From the NCBI GenBank assembly GCA_964534375.1, contig CAZHPN010000002.1, positions 2,276 through 66,275 on the forward strand: a DNA stretch of 64,000 nt. Direction: 5' to 3'. A model generated the notes under the pieces. The model was not told the DNA's origin. It saw only the letters and a program-made list of their open reading frames with translations, and ran no database searches. Positions 17,801-25,070 of the stretch are shown here, piece by piece. This stretch comes from an uncultured bacterium (GTDB taxonomy: Bacteria > Lernaellota > Lernaellaia > Lernaellales > Lernaellaceae). Made by a program: the position numbers and the translations under genes. Within the stretch, counting starts at the first letter, position 1. Each line of letters begins with the position of its first letter.

Positions 17801-18146
17801 GTTGGCCGTCCACGCCGCAAGCCGAGTTGCTGTTTCCCGGTTGGCAGCCTTCGTCGAGGCAGCAACCCGAGCAATATTTCGAGGCATGACAGGGGGGCGG
17901 GGTCGAGTCGTCATCGTCGGCGTTGTCGTCGTCGCCCGCGCTGTCGTTGTCGTTGTCATCGTCGTCGCCCGCGCTGTCGTCGTTGTCGTCGTTGTCGTTG
18001 TCGTCGTCGTCGATCGCGGAATCGTCATTGTCGTCGTCGGCCTGGCGCTGGCCCGTCAAGGATGCGGCGCCGCTGCCGCCGCCGCAGGACGTCGCCAAAA
18101 GCACCAACAAAGTCGCCAAGAGCGTGAATAACAACGCGCGTTTCAT
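14892..18146 (-). CDS. Giant exported lipoprotein: lipobox, poly-Asp linker, ~20 tandem cysteine-rich repeats (Myxococcus-type Cys-rich repeat-like)
   Basis: ATG at 18146 (MKRALLFTLLATLLVLLATSC) behind GAAGGTGG. Linker DDDNDDSAIDDDDNDNDDNDDSAGDDDDNDND. The body repeats C-x-CD-x-T-x-C-x-x-GCC-x-G-x-x-C-x(3-7)-CG-x-GG-x-x-C-x-x-C roughly every 45 aa. Antisense ORFs in this region are artefacts of the repeat DNA. Confidence 0.75.
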   Translation of the reverse strand: MKRALLFTLLATLLVLLATSCGGGSGAASLTGQRQADDDNDDSAIDDDDNDNDDNDDSAGDDDDNDNDSAGDDDNADDDDSTPPPCHASKYCSGCCLDEGCQPGNSNSACGVDGQPCQDCASGTVCQNGACVNFCDPSDCPTGCCSGATCLTGTDSNYCGTGGTACVNCTAMTPQEYCNAATYQCESCAAHCVGANNGCCDSTGSCHQDEANNDCGLGGAVCQDCTALGAECVNGVCVCDATSCPNGCCSGNQCVTAGDNSACGTGGVACAPCATGQECVKNSCTCDSTACPTGCCSGNQCVTTEDSSACGSGGAACVACADGVPCTNRTCACDATTCAGGCCYGVAGNCLPIAQQSVTACGADGAVCAGCLTNQECANGVCTCDPTSCPKGCCDSNNNCQDGTTSTFCGKGGASCQACPEGNECSPQQQCVCDTTACTSGCCDGTTCEPGNQNSDCGVGGAVCISCNAGYRCGDGGVCICDGVSCANGCCVAGFAGPCETFDQQSPGSCGLGGATCSACATDVDCVSGECTCDTITCTGCCPGSAPECNQDGTSDSACGTGGAQCQVCSAGNHCVAGECVCDNTTCSSGCCAGASCEQGNINSQCGADGAPCVSCDSGLECQSGACVCNATSCAASCCVSPLGPCEVYSGESAGSCGTGGTACFSCAPGQICNASGACVCDATACAAVSGCCDGGNCVTSGADADCGTAGAACTNCTAIGAQCVAGGCVCNSNTCNTGCCRTPAGPCIIYDNENTTYCGASGAICGACASGQECVLGTCTCTPGASGSCPTGCCDNTGNCQTAGSPSACGTNGQACQTCSAGNDCVGNQCVCDTSACASGCCNGSTCVNPVTDAECGSGGGACIACANGQTCSGGQCICTQASCATINGCCSGNTCYAGTAPSLCGQAGGACQNCNDLGDSCTNQQCACDGTCAGCCASNVCMAASPSNCGAGGAACTTCAGGQECSGGACVCDANSCPSGCCSGVNCQTGGDNSNCGTGGVVCQNCTASGAECLSFQCVCDATSCPNGCCDNTGTCQLGTDSGACGTGGAVCEVCIPPATCQEQACSGGSKKKTSQAAPRAR

Positions 18147-18603
18147 GTGAACCACCTTCTACCGGATCAACACGGCGTGTCTGACAACTGCAAGACTTGT
18201 GCCTCGTTCGGCGACGCCTTTGGTTCTCTAATCTACCACAATTTCAAATGGTTTCAACAACGGTCTTGCGGGCGATGGCCGAATGACTGTGAAAATTTTT
18301 CACAGAACTGGTAAAACTTTTCACTATTTTCTGCTCCCGTTCGTTCGCCGGTTCCCGTTCCGGTCTCCATGGGAAGACCCCTCTTCTCGCTCCGGAAGAC
18401 AAAATCTCCGCCTCTCTCCTCCCGGCGCAAAGTGCGTTGTTTTCCTGGCCGAACGGGGCGGCCGTGGCATTTTCTCTATTGTCTCGGACCGTCGAATGGA
18501 TCAAAATAAAAACCGGACGAAGGGCGTCTGGCGGGCGGAGCGGCGCCTGGAACGGACGCTCGAAATCAACAACTCGGCGACGAGCGACGATAAGGGCGGC
18601 GAC

Positions 18604-19737
18604 ATGACGGAGCGAATCCTGCGATGCCCACGGTGCGGCAAGGCGACGCCCATCGCCGGAGGCCGCTGCCAGTTTTGCGGCTTGGCGGTGTCGCTGGCGC
18701 CCCGCGCCAGGCGGCGGGACGCCCCCGTTGGACGGCGCGGCGGCGGCCAAATCGACGTCGGCGTCGATCGCGTCGAACGGGAGTTTGCCGGCGTGAGTTT
18801 CGCGCCCGCCAAGCGCGGCGCCGCCGGCGCCGGCACGCAACGATACGACGTCGCCGATTTGCGTCCGCGCGCCGCGGGCCGTGCCGGGAAAGCGAACGGC
18901 GCAGCCGCGGCGCCAGGGATCGACAGCGGCCGCTACGACGCCAACGATGGCGGGCAAGTCGGCGCCGAGCCAAAGGGCGGCCGGGTGGAAGTCGGCGCGC
19001 TCAGCAGCATGCTGATGGATCCAACCGAGAATCCGCACGAGAACGAGTTCGACAAACGCGGTCTCGAGACTGCGACCGACGGCAAATTGGACGTCGCGCA
19101 GCGATTGTACGGCGAAACCGACACGGCTCGCGACAACCTGAGTTTCCTCGCGCCGCCGCCGGCGGAGGCGCCGGACGCGCCGGAACCCGCGACGTTCGTG
19201 CCCAAGCGTTTCCCGGGCGCGTCGTCGGCCGACGCGCACAACAGCCACGCCGCCACGGATGAGCGCCGGCGCTATCTGCTGACGCGCGTCCTGCCGCTGT
19301 TCGTCGCGTTGCTCCTCGTGGGCTTTGTCGGCCGCCGCTTCGTCAACGGCCCGATCGCGCTGGCCGATGTTTACAAAGTGTTGTTTGCCGACGACCACGG
19401 CCGGAAGGTGACGTGTCAGGCGACGTTCTCGTCGAACCCGGAGGACCGTCTGGCGGTCCACGGCATGTTCGAGTGCAAACTCTACGAAAACGACTTTTCG
19501 ACCGATCGCGTGGACGAACCGCAGGCGCTCAAACTTATTATCGGCAACGGCGCCGTCGCTTTCGCGGGCCGGTACGACGCCGACGGCATCAAACTGCAAC
19601 TGGGCGCCTTCGAGGCCGCCGACTCGCGAGCCGTGCGCCTGACCGGGCGCTTCGTCGGCGACGCGTCGCACATCGTCGGCCAAATCGAGAACGACCTGGG
19701 CCAACGCGCCAAAGTCGAAATGGAGAAAAAACTTTAG
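18604..19737 (+). CDS. Zinc-ribbon membrane protein, hypothetical
   Basis: ATG at 18604 behind AAGGGCGG. The N-terminus has CPRCGK...CQFCG (a C4 zinc ribbon), then a long disordered Gly/Ala/Asp-rich region, one TM helix (LLTRVLPLFVALLLVGFVG), and a ~150-aa extracytoplasmic domain. An alternative ATG lies at 18496. Confidence 0.5.
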   Translation: MTERILRCPRCGKATPIAGGRCQFCGLAVSLAPRARRRDAPVGRRGGGQIDVGVDRVEREFAGVSFAPAKRGAAGAGTQRYDVADLRPRAAGRAGKANGAAAAPGIDSGRYDANDGGQVGAEPKGGRVEVGALSSMLMDPTENPHENEFDKRGLETATDGKLDVAQRLYGETDTARDNLSFLAPPPAEAPDAPEPATFVPKRFPGASSADAHNSHAATDERRRYLLTRVLPLFVALLLVGFVGRRFVNGPIALADVYKVLFADDHGRKVTCQATFSSNPEDRLAVHGMFECKLYENDFSTDRVDEPQALKLIIGNGAVAFAGRYDADGIKLQLGAFEAADSRAVRLTGRFVGDASHIVGQIENDLGQRAKVEMEKKL

Positions 19738-19832
19738 CGGCCCGCGCGGGCGGCGACCGTTGGCCGCCGTCCGACGAAATGCCGGCTCCGGATGGCCGCG
19801 GCGCCGCGTTTCCGCCTTGCCAAGCCCGCTTT

Positions 19833-19843
19833 CGTGTTACAAT
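19833..19843 (+). promoter_or_regulatory. Conserved promoter-like box TTTCGTG-T-TACAAT (extended -10 type) upstream of paralog 1
   Basis: tttcgtgttacaatatt with TACAAT at 19838-19843, 50 nt upstream of ATG 19888. An identical motif with identical spacing precedes paralog 2. Confidence 0.45.
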
Positions 19844-19887
19844 ATTTTCTCGGCCGGCAACCGAACGACACAAGGCGTCACTGTCCG

Positions 19888-21855
19888 ATGTTGACCTTCG
19901 ACCTTTGGGAAAAAATCCCCCGTTTGAACGGCGACGTGAATTATCTCGAACTTTCGCGCACCTTGAGCGAACCGGAAGTGCTGATTCTCTCTCGCGTCAA
20001 CGGCCGGCTGCCGCTGGGCGAGATCGTCTCCAGCCTGCGCTACGAACGCGATTACCTCGCGCGCATCGTGGCGCGGTTGACGCGGCTGCACGCGTTGCTG
20101 TTCGACGATCCGCGCATCGCCGAGGAAATAACGGCCGAAATCGTCGATTTTCGCGGTGATTTCGCCCGGAGCGAAACGCGGGCGTCGCGTCCGCGAGGCG
20201 TCCGCGAACCGACCGCGCCCGACCCGCAGGAAGCGCCAGCGGCGGCTTGGGAACCGGAATGGGAGGCGCCGGCGGGCGAGCCGTCGACGGAGCCGGCGCC
20301 CGCGCCGGCGAGCGAGCCGGCGCCGGCGGCGCCGGAGCGATTCGCGGAATCGGGCAATTGGGACGTCGATTCGTTTTTCGCGCTGATCAATCGGCTGTAC
20401 GTGGAACGGCGCACGGGCCTCCTGCGCGTTTTTCGCGATCGGCGCACATACAAGACTTTCTATTTGGAGCGTGGGCGGATCGTCAATATCGCCTCGATGC
20501 CGTTCTCCGTCGCCGAATGCCTGGGCCGCGTCATTCAGCGGGCGGGCCTGATCGACCAGGCGAAGGTCATTGACTCGCTGCTCGCCGCCAAACGGACCGG
20601 CCAGCGTCAGGGCGAGGAACTGGTGGCGATGGGCGCGATCGACGGCGAGATCCTCTTCGAAATGCTGCGCGTGCAGATGGAGGTCAAGGCGACCGAGATC
20701 ATGGACTGGGCCCTGGGCGACTGGTCCTTCGAGGAAGCCGCGTCGCTGCCGGCCAGCCTGTCGCGCATCGACGTTTCCATGCCGCGGCTGCTGTTCAGCC
20801 TGGCTTGGAAGCGCTATCCCCACGGCCGCGTGCCGATGGAGTTGAAAAGCCGGCAGAACCTGTACATCGGCAAGCGCGTGCCGCCGACGTACACGCTGGA
20901 CGATTTCCATTTCGACGACGCGATGAAGAAGTTCTGCGGCATCGCCCTGGAACGGGACAACACGGTCAAACGCTTGTTCCTCGTCACGAATCTGAAGGCC
21001 GAAAAAACCTACAAGGTGACGTGGATTCTGCATCTGCTCGGCATTCTGGATTTCTTCGACGAGCCGCTCGAGAAACGCAACGCCCGCCGGATCGCCGAGC
21101 TCAGCAATCGCCTGCGCGAATTGGAGCACGGTTCGCCCTTTGACGGGTTGGGCGTCGCATGGACCGCGGATTCCAAAATGGTCCAGAATACGTACGTCCG
21201 GGCGGCGGCCGAGATGGACCATGCGATCGAGAACAGCGACGGGCCGGAGCGCCGTTTCGCGGAACAGATTCGCGAGCATCTCGACCGGGTTTATGAAACC
21301 ATCAAGACGCGCGAAGGCCGGCGAATCAGCCGCGAGAAGTTTCTCGAGGCGCCCGCGATTGCGGCGGGGGCCGAGGCGCGGCGGCGCGCCGGCGAAGAAT
21401 TTCTGTTCGGCGACGAGAATCCGAAGGCGGCGATCCCGGAATTCGAGGCGGCCATCGAAGTGATCGACAACCACGGCGAATACCTCGCCGAACTGGGCCT
21501 GGCGCGGTTCCAAGTCGAATACGCGGCGAACGGACCCGGCGTGGAAGACGCCCGCCGACTGATTCGCCGGGGGATCGCCGCCAGCCCGGAATCCGACGTC
21601 GTGCGCCTGTGCGAAGCGCTGATGTACAAAGAAGAGTACGAATTGGCCAAGGCGTTGGCGTCGCTCGCCCGCGCGCGGCAACTCAACCCGAACAATCGCC
21701 TCGCCGGCCTGCTGATCGAGGAGATCAACGCCGGTCGGCGGTCGGCGGCGCACGAGAACGCCGTGCGGGATTTTCTCGATCGCGACGCGACCCCTGCGCG
21801 AAAAACCGGGGGGGCCGCGCGCGGCAAACGCCCGGCGGACGGTTCGCCGAGTTAG
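19888..21855 (+). CDS. DUF4388 (PATAN-like) domain protein with degenerate J-domain and C-terminal helical/TPR-like region; paralog 1
   Basis: ATG at 19888. N-terminal domain, Pro/Ala/Glu linker, then a DUF4388-like segment GNWDVDSFFALINRLYVERRTGLLRV...YLERGRIVNIAS...ECLGRVIQRAGLI. J-like segment FDGLGVAWTADSKMVQNTYVRAAAEMDHAIENSDG, where HPD is replaced by HAI. Confidence 0.7.
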   Translation: MLTFDLWEKIPRLNGDVNYLELSRTLSEPEVLILSRVNGRLPLGEIVSSLRYERDYLARIVARLTRLHALLFDDPRIAEEITAEIVDFRGDFARSETRASRPRGVREPTAPDPQEAPAAAWEPEWEAPAGEPSTEPAPAPASEPAPAAPERFAESGNWDVDSFFALINRLYVERRTGLLRVFRDRRTYKTFYLERGRIVNIASMPFSVAECLGRVIQRAGLIDQAKVIDSLLAAKRTGQRQGEELVAMGAIDGEILFEMLRVQMEVKATEIMDWALGDWSFEEAASLPASLSRIDVSMPRLLFSLAWKRYPHGRVPMELKSRQNLYIGKRVPPTYTLDDFHFDDAMKKFCGIALERDNTVKRLFLVTNLKAEKTYKVTWILHLLGILDFFDEPLEKRNARRIAELSNRLRELEHGSPFDGLGVAWTADSKMVQNTYVRAAAEMDHAIENSDGPERRFAEQIREHLDRVYETIKTREGRRISREKFLEAPAIAAGAEARRRAGEEFLFGDENPKAAIPEFEAAIEVIDNHGEYLAELGLARFQVEYAANGPGVEDARRLIRRGIAASPESDVVRLCEALMYKEEYELAKALASLARARQLNPNNRLAGLLIEEINAGRRSAAHENAVRDFLDRDATPARKTGGAARGKRPADGSPS

Positions 21856-21912
21856 CGCGGCGCATTCGGCGTCGCCCCGCGCGGCGCGGCGGCGCTTGGC
21901 CGAAGAGTGTTT

Positions 21913-21923
21913 CGTGCTACAAT
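21913..21923 (+). promoter_or_regulatory. Conserved promoter-like box TTTCGTG-C-TACAAT upstream of paralog 2
   Basis: gtttcgtgctacaatagtg with TACAAT at 21918-21923, 50 nt upstream of ATG 21968. Confidence 0.45.
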
Positions 21924-21967
21924 AGTGCGCTCGCCGGCGAACAACTTAGACGAGGCGCGGTTCGACT

Positions 21968-23980
21968 ATGCTGAGCTTCGACCTGTGGGAAAAAATCCCA
22001 AAATTAAACGGCGAACTGGATTACCTGGAGTTCTCGCGCACCTTGAGCGAGCCGGAGGTGATGATTCTGTCGCGCGTGAACGGCAGCAGTTCGCTCGGCG
22101 AAATTGTCACGGGCTTGCGTTACGATCGCGACCACCTGGTGCGGCTAGTCGCCCGCCTGGCGAACCGGCAGGCGCTGCTGTTCGACGATCCGCTCGTCGC
22201 CAGCGAACTCGCGACCGAAATCGCCGATCTTCGCGTCGATTTTACCGGCGCCCGCAAGCGAACGGCGCGGCCCCGCGTCGAACGGAAACAGACCGCGCCG
22301 GAAGCGGAGGCGGCGGAGCCGGACGCGGACCGGGCGACGGAACCGGCGGCGAATCGGGAGCCGGCGGGGCCGGCGGCGCCCGCGGCCGCGGCGGAGTGGA
22401 CCGAGCCGGCGCCGGCGCCGCCGGTCGAACCGGATAAATCCGCGGACGCGGCCATCGAGCCGGCCGCGCAGCCGCCGACGGCGGAGCGGTACGCGGAATC
22501 AGGCGAATGGGAGATCGATTCGTTTTTCTCGTTGGTCAATCGTTTGCACGGGGAGCGTCGCAGCGGCATTCTACGCGTTCACCGCGACGCCCGCACGTGC
22601 AAGGCCATTTATTTCGACCTCGGCTCCCTGGTTAATATCAGCTCGACGCCGTTCTCGGCGGCGGAGTGTCTGGGCCGCTTGATCGAACGCGCGGGCTACA
22701 TCGACCAGAAGAAGGTCGTCGAGTCGCTGGTGGCCGCCAAGGGCTCCGGACGGCGCCAGGGCGAAGAATTGGTGGCGATGGGCGCGATCCGCCGCGATCT
22801 GCTGGGCGCGATGCTGAGCGTGCAGGTGGAATACAAAGCCGCCGAGATTCTGGAATGGGGCCGGGGCTTCTGGACGTTCGAAGAGGCCTCGTCGTTGTTC
22901 GACCGCGTGTCGCGCATCGAAACGTCGGTTCCCCGGCTGTTGTTCAATTTGGTCTGGAAACGATATCCGGCCGCCCGCCTCGCCGACCAACTGCGGCAGC
23001 GCGGCGAAATGTACGTCGGCAAGACCGAGGCGCCGATCTATGAACTGGACGAATTCGGGTTCGGGGCGGCCCTGCGCAAGTTCGTGACGATCGCGATCGA
23101 GAAGGACAGTCCGCTGAAACGCGTGCTGGTCGTCAGCAATCTCAAGCCGGAACAAACCCAGCGCATGTTGTGGGCGTTGTACCTGACCGGCATGATGGGC
23201 TTCTACGACGATTCGCGCGAAGACCGCGGCGCCGCCCTCATCGTCGATCTCAATAACGAATTGAAGACGGTCGAGCGCGAGCCGTATTTCGACATCCTGC
23301 ACATTCATTGGACGGCCGACACGGCCATGGTCGAGAAATCGTATGCGCGCTTGTCGGCCGAAATGGAGCACGCCATCGCAACGACCGACGGCCTGGCGCG
23401 GCAGCTCAAAGAACGGATTTACGACTACGTCAAGACCGCCTACGAGGCCCTGCGGACCAAGGAAGGCCGGCGAGCCTACCGGCTGCGAAGATTCGACGAG
23501 GATTTCGTCATCTTCGGCGCCGAGATCTTGCGCCAAAAGGGCGAGAGCTACCTGTTCACCAAGGAAGATCCCGTGCAGGCCATTCAGGAGTTCGAGGGCG
23601 CCATCGAGGTCAATGATCGCAATGGCGAATACTACGCCGAACTGGGCCTGGCGCTGTTCCTCCGCGATTACGGCGGCCGCGGGCGAGGCGTCGATGAGGG
23701 CCGGCAATTGCTGCGCAAGGGCGTGGCCATGGCCTCGCAGTCGGAGGTCGTGCATCTGTGCCTGGCGATGATGCACCGCACCGAACGCCAGTACGCGAAA
23801 GCGTTGTCGTCATTGGAGCGCGTGCTGCAAATCAACCCGCAAAATCGCTTCGCCCGCATTGTGGCGAACGAAATCCGGAGCGGCGAAAAATCGGCCGAGC
23901 ACGAGGCGGCCGTCAAGCAATTCGTCGAACGGCATGCCGCCGTTCAACAAAAGAAGTCCACGGAAGCCGCGCCCCAATAA
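21968..23980 (+). CDS. DUF4388 (PATAN-like) domain protein with degenerate J-domain and helical/TPR-like region; paralog 2
   Basis: Same architecture as 19888-21855 (MLSFDLWEKIPKLNGELDYLEFSRTLSEPEV...). J-like segment YFDILHIHWTADTAMVEKSYARLSAEMEHAIATTDG. Confidence 0.7.
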   Translation: MLSFDLWEKIPKLNGELDYLEFSRTLSEPEVMILSRVNGSSSLGEIVTGLRYDRDHLVRLVARLANRQALLFDDPLVASELATEIADLRVDFTGARKRTARPRVERKQTAPEAEAAEPDADRATEPAANREPAGPAAPAAAAEWTEPAPAPPVEPDKSADAAIEPAAQPPTAERYAESGEWEIDSFFSLVNRLHGERRSGILRVHRDARTCKAIYFDLGSLVNISSTPFSAAECLGRLIERAGYIDQKKVVESLVAAKGSGRRQGEELVAMGAIRRDLLGAMLSVQVEYKAAEILEWGRGFWTFEEASSLFDRVSRIETSVPRLLFNLVWKRYPAARLADQLRQRGEMYVGKTEAPIYELDEFGFGAALRKFVTIAIEKDSPLKRVLVVSNLKPEQTQRMLWALYLTGMMGFYDDSREDRGAALIVDLNNELKTVEREPYFDILHIHWTADTAMVEKSYARLSAEMEHAIATTDGLARQLKERIYDYVKTAYEALRTKEGRRAYRLRRFDEDFVIFGAEILRQKGESYLFTKEDPVQAIQEFEGAIEVNDRNGEYYAELGLALFLRDYGGRGRGVDEGRQLLRKGVAMASQSEVVHLCLAMMHRTERQYAKALSSLERVLQINPQNRFARIVANEIRSGEKSAEHEAAVKQFVERHAAVQQKKSTEAAPQ

Positions 23981-24018
23981 CGGCCGAGCGCCCGCGGCGC
24001 GGCCAGGGAGGAACCCCG

Positions 24019-24684
24019 ATGTTCGGATTTGCACGTTGCCGTTCGGCGGCGGCGCTGTTGGCCGCGCTGCTCGCGTTGACCGCCGGCGCCGCCGCGTGTG
24101 CGATCGACCAGCGCATTCGCGAGAAGAGCCAGGACCTGTCGGGCGATCTGATGGAAAAAGCGGTCGATTTCAACCGCATGATCGCCTGGCAGTATTTCGA
24201 CGCCGCGGCCGCCGTCGTCGTGCCGCAATCGCGCGGCAATTTCTTGATGACGGCCGAATCTTTCAACCAACGGGTTCACATCGAAAGTTTCACGGTGGTG
24301 CTGACGGAAGTCAGCGAACATCCGTTTACGCGCCTGCGCGGCCAGGTTCCCGAAATCCAGCACGAAAAGAAACCGCAGATCGAGCCGCCGCCGACGGAAG
24401 ACGAGGTCGCGGCGGCGGCGCGCAAGGCGCAGGCGACGCCGGAGCCGTCCAAGGCGAAGACGATGCCGAAAAACTGGTACGGCCTGGTGCTGGTTCGCTA
24501 CGTCAACCTGTCGATCCTGCCGCATACGCAGGTGCGGTCGCCGCTGCTCCGGCAATACTGGTACTGGAACGACACGGACGAGACCTGGATGGTCGATCCC
24601 GAAATCGAGCAACTGCTCGACCTGGACAAGTCGGAGGCCGCGCCGCCGCTCGGCGAGAAGCCGCTCGCGCCGTCGCCGCACTGA
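24019..24684 (+). CDS. Exported protein/lipoprotein, hypothetical
   Basis: ATG at 24019 behind AGGGAGGA. Signal peptide MFGFARCRSAAALLAALLALTAGAAAC. Mature part about 195 aa. Confidence 0.55.
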   Translation: MFGFARCRSAAALLAALLALTAGAAACAIDQRIREKSQDLSGDLMEKAVDFNRMIAWQYFDAAAAVVVPQSRGNFLMTAESFNQRVHIESFTVVLTEVSEHPFTRLRGQVPEIQHEKKPQIEPPPTEDEVAAAARKAQATPEPSKAKTMPKNWYGLVLVRYVNLSILPHTQVRSPLLRQYWYWNDTDETWMVDPEIEQLLDLDKSEAAPPLGEKPLAPSPH

Positions 24685-25070
24685 AAAACGACGGCGACAA
24701 AACGCACTTGCAATCCGTTAACGGACGTTGGCGCCGACGCGCCATGGATATCCGTTTGGAAAAGAACTGTGCGGACCGCCTGCCGCGCCGGCGGACGACG
24801 CTGCCGGCGCAGCGACGAATCGCCCTTGTTTCCGACGGTTGCGCGCGGGGCGGCGCGTTTCGCTCTCTGCCGATAACTCGCGCGAACGGCGCGGAAAGCG
24901 GACCATTCGAAACCGAATGACAGAAAAGATCATCCAATAATAAACGACGGCTCGCCGGCGCGCCAATTTCCCTCTTTTTTTATCATTTTTCTTCCTTTTT
25001 GCGGAGTTTCTGGTATACTGCCTTAGGTCGGCGAATCGGCTTCTGTGAGGACAGAACGAGGGGAAGGTCG

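Noticed and set aside
14820-18131. Multiple 100-490-aa ORFs on the plus strand across the Cys-repeat gene (e.g. 14820-16289)
   Set aside because: They arise from the periodic GC-rich repeat DNA. Their Ala/Arg-rich translations have no start signals and overlap a well-supported minus-strand gene.
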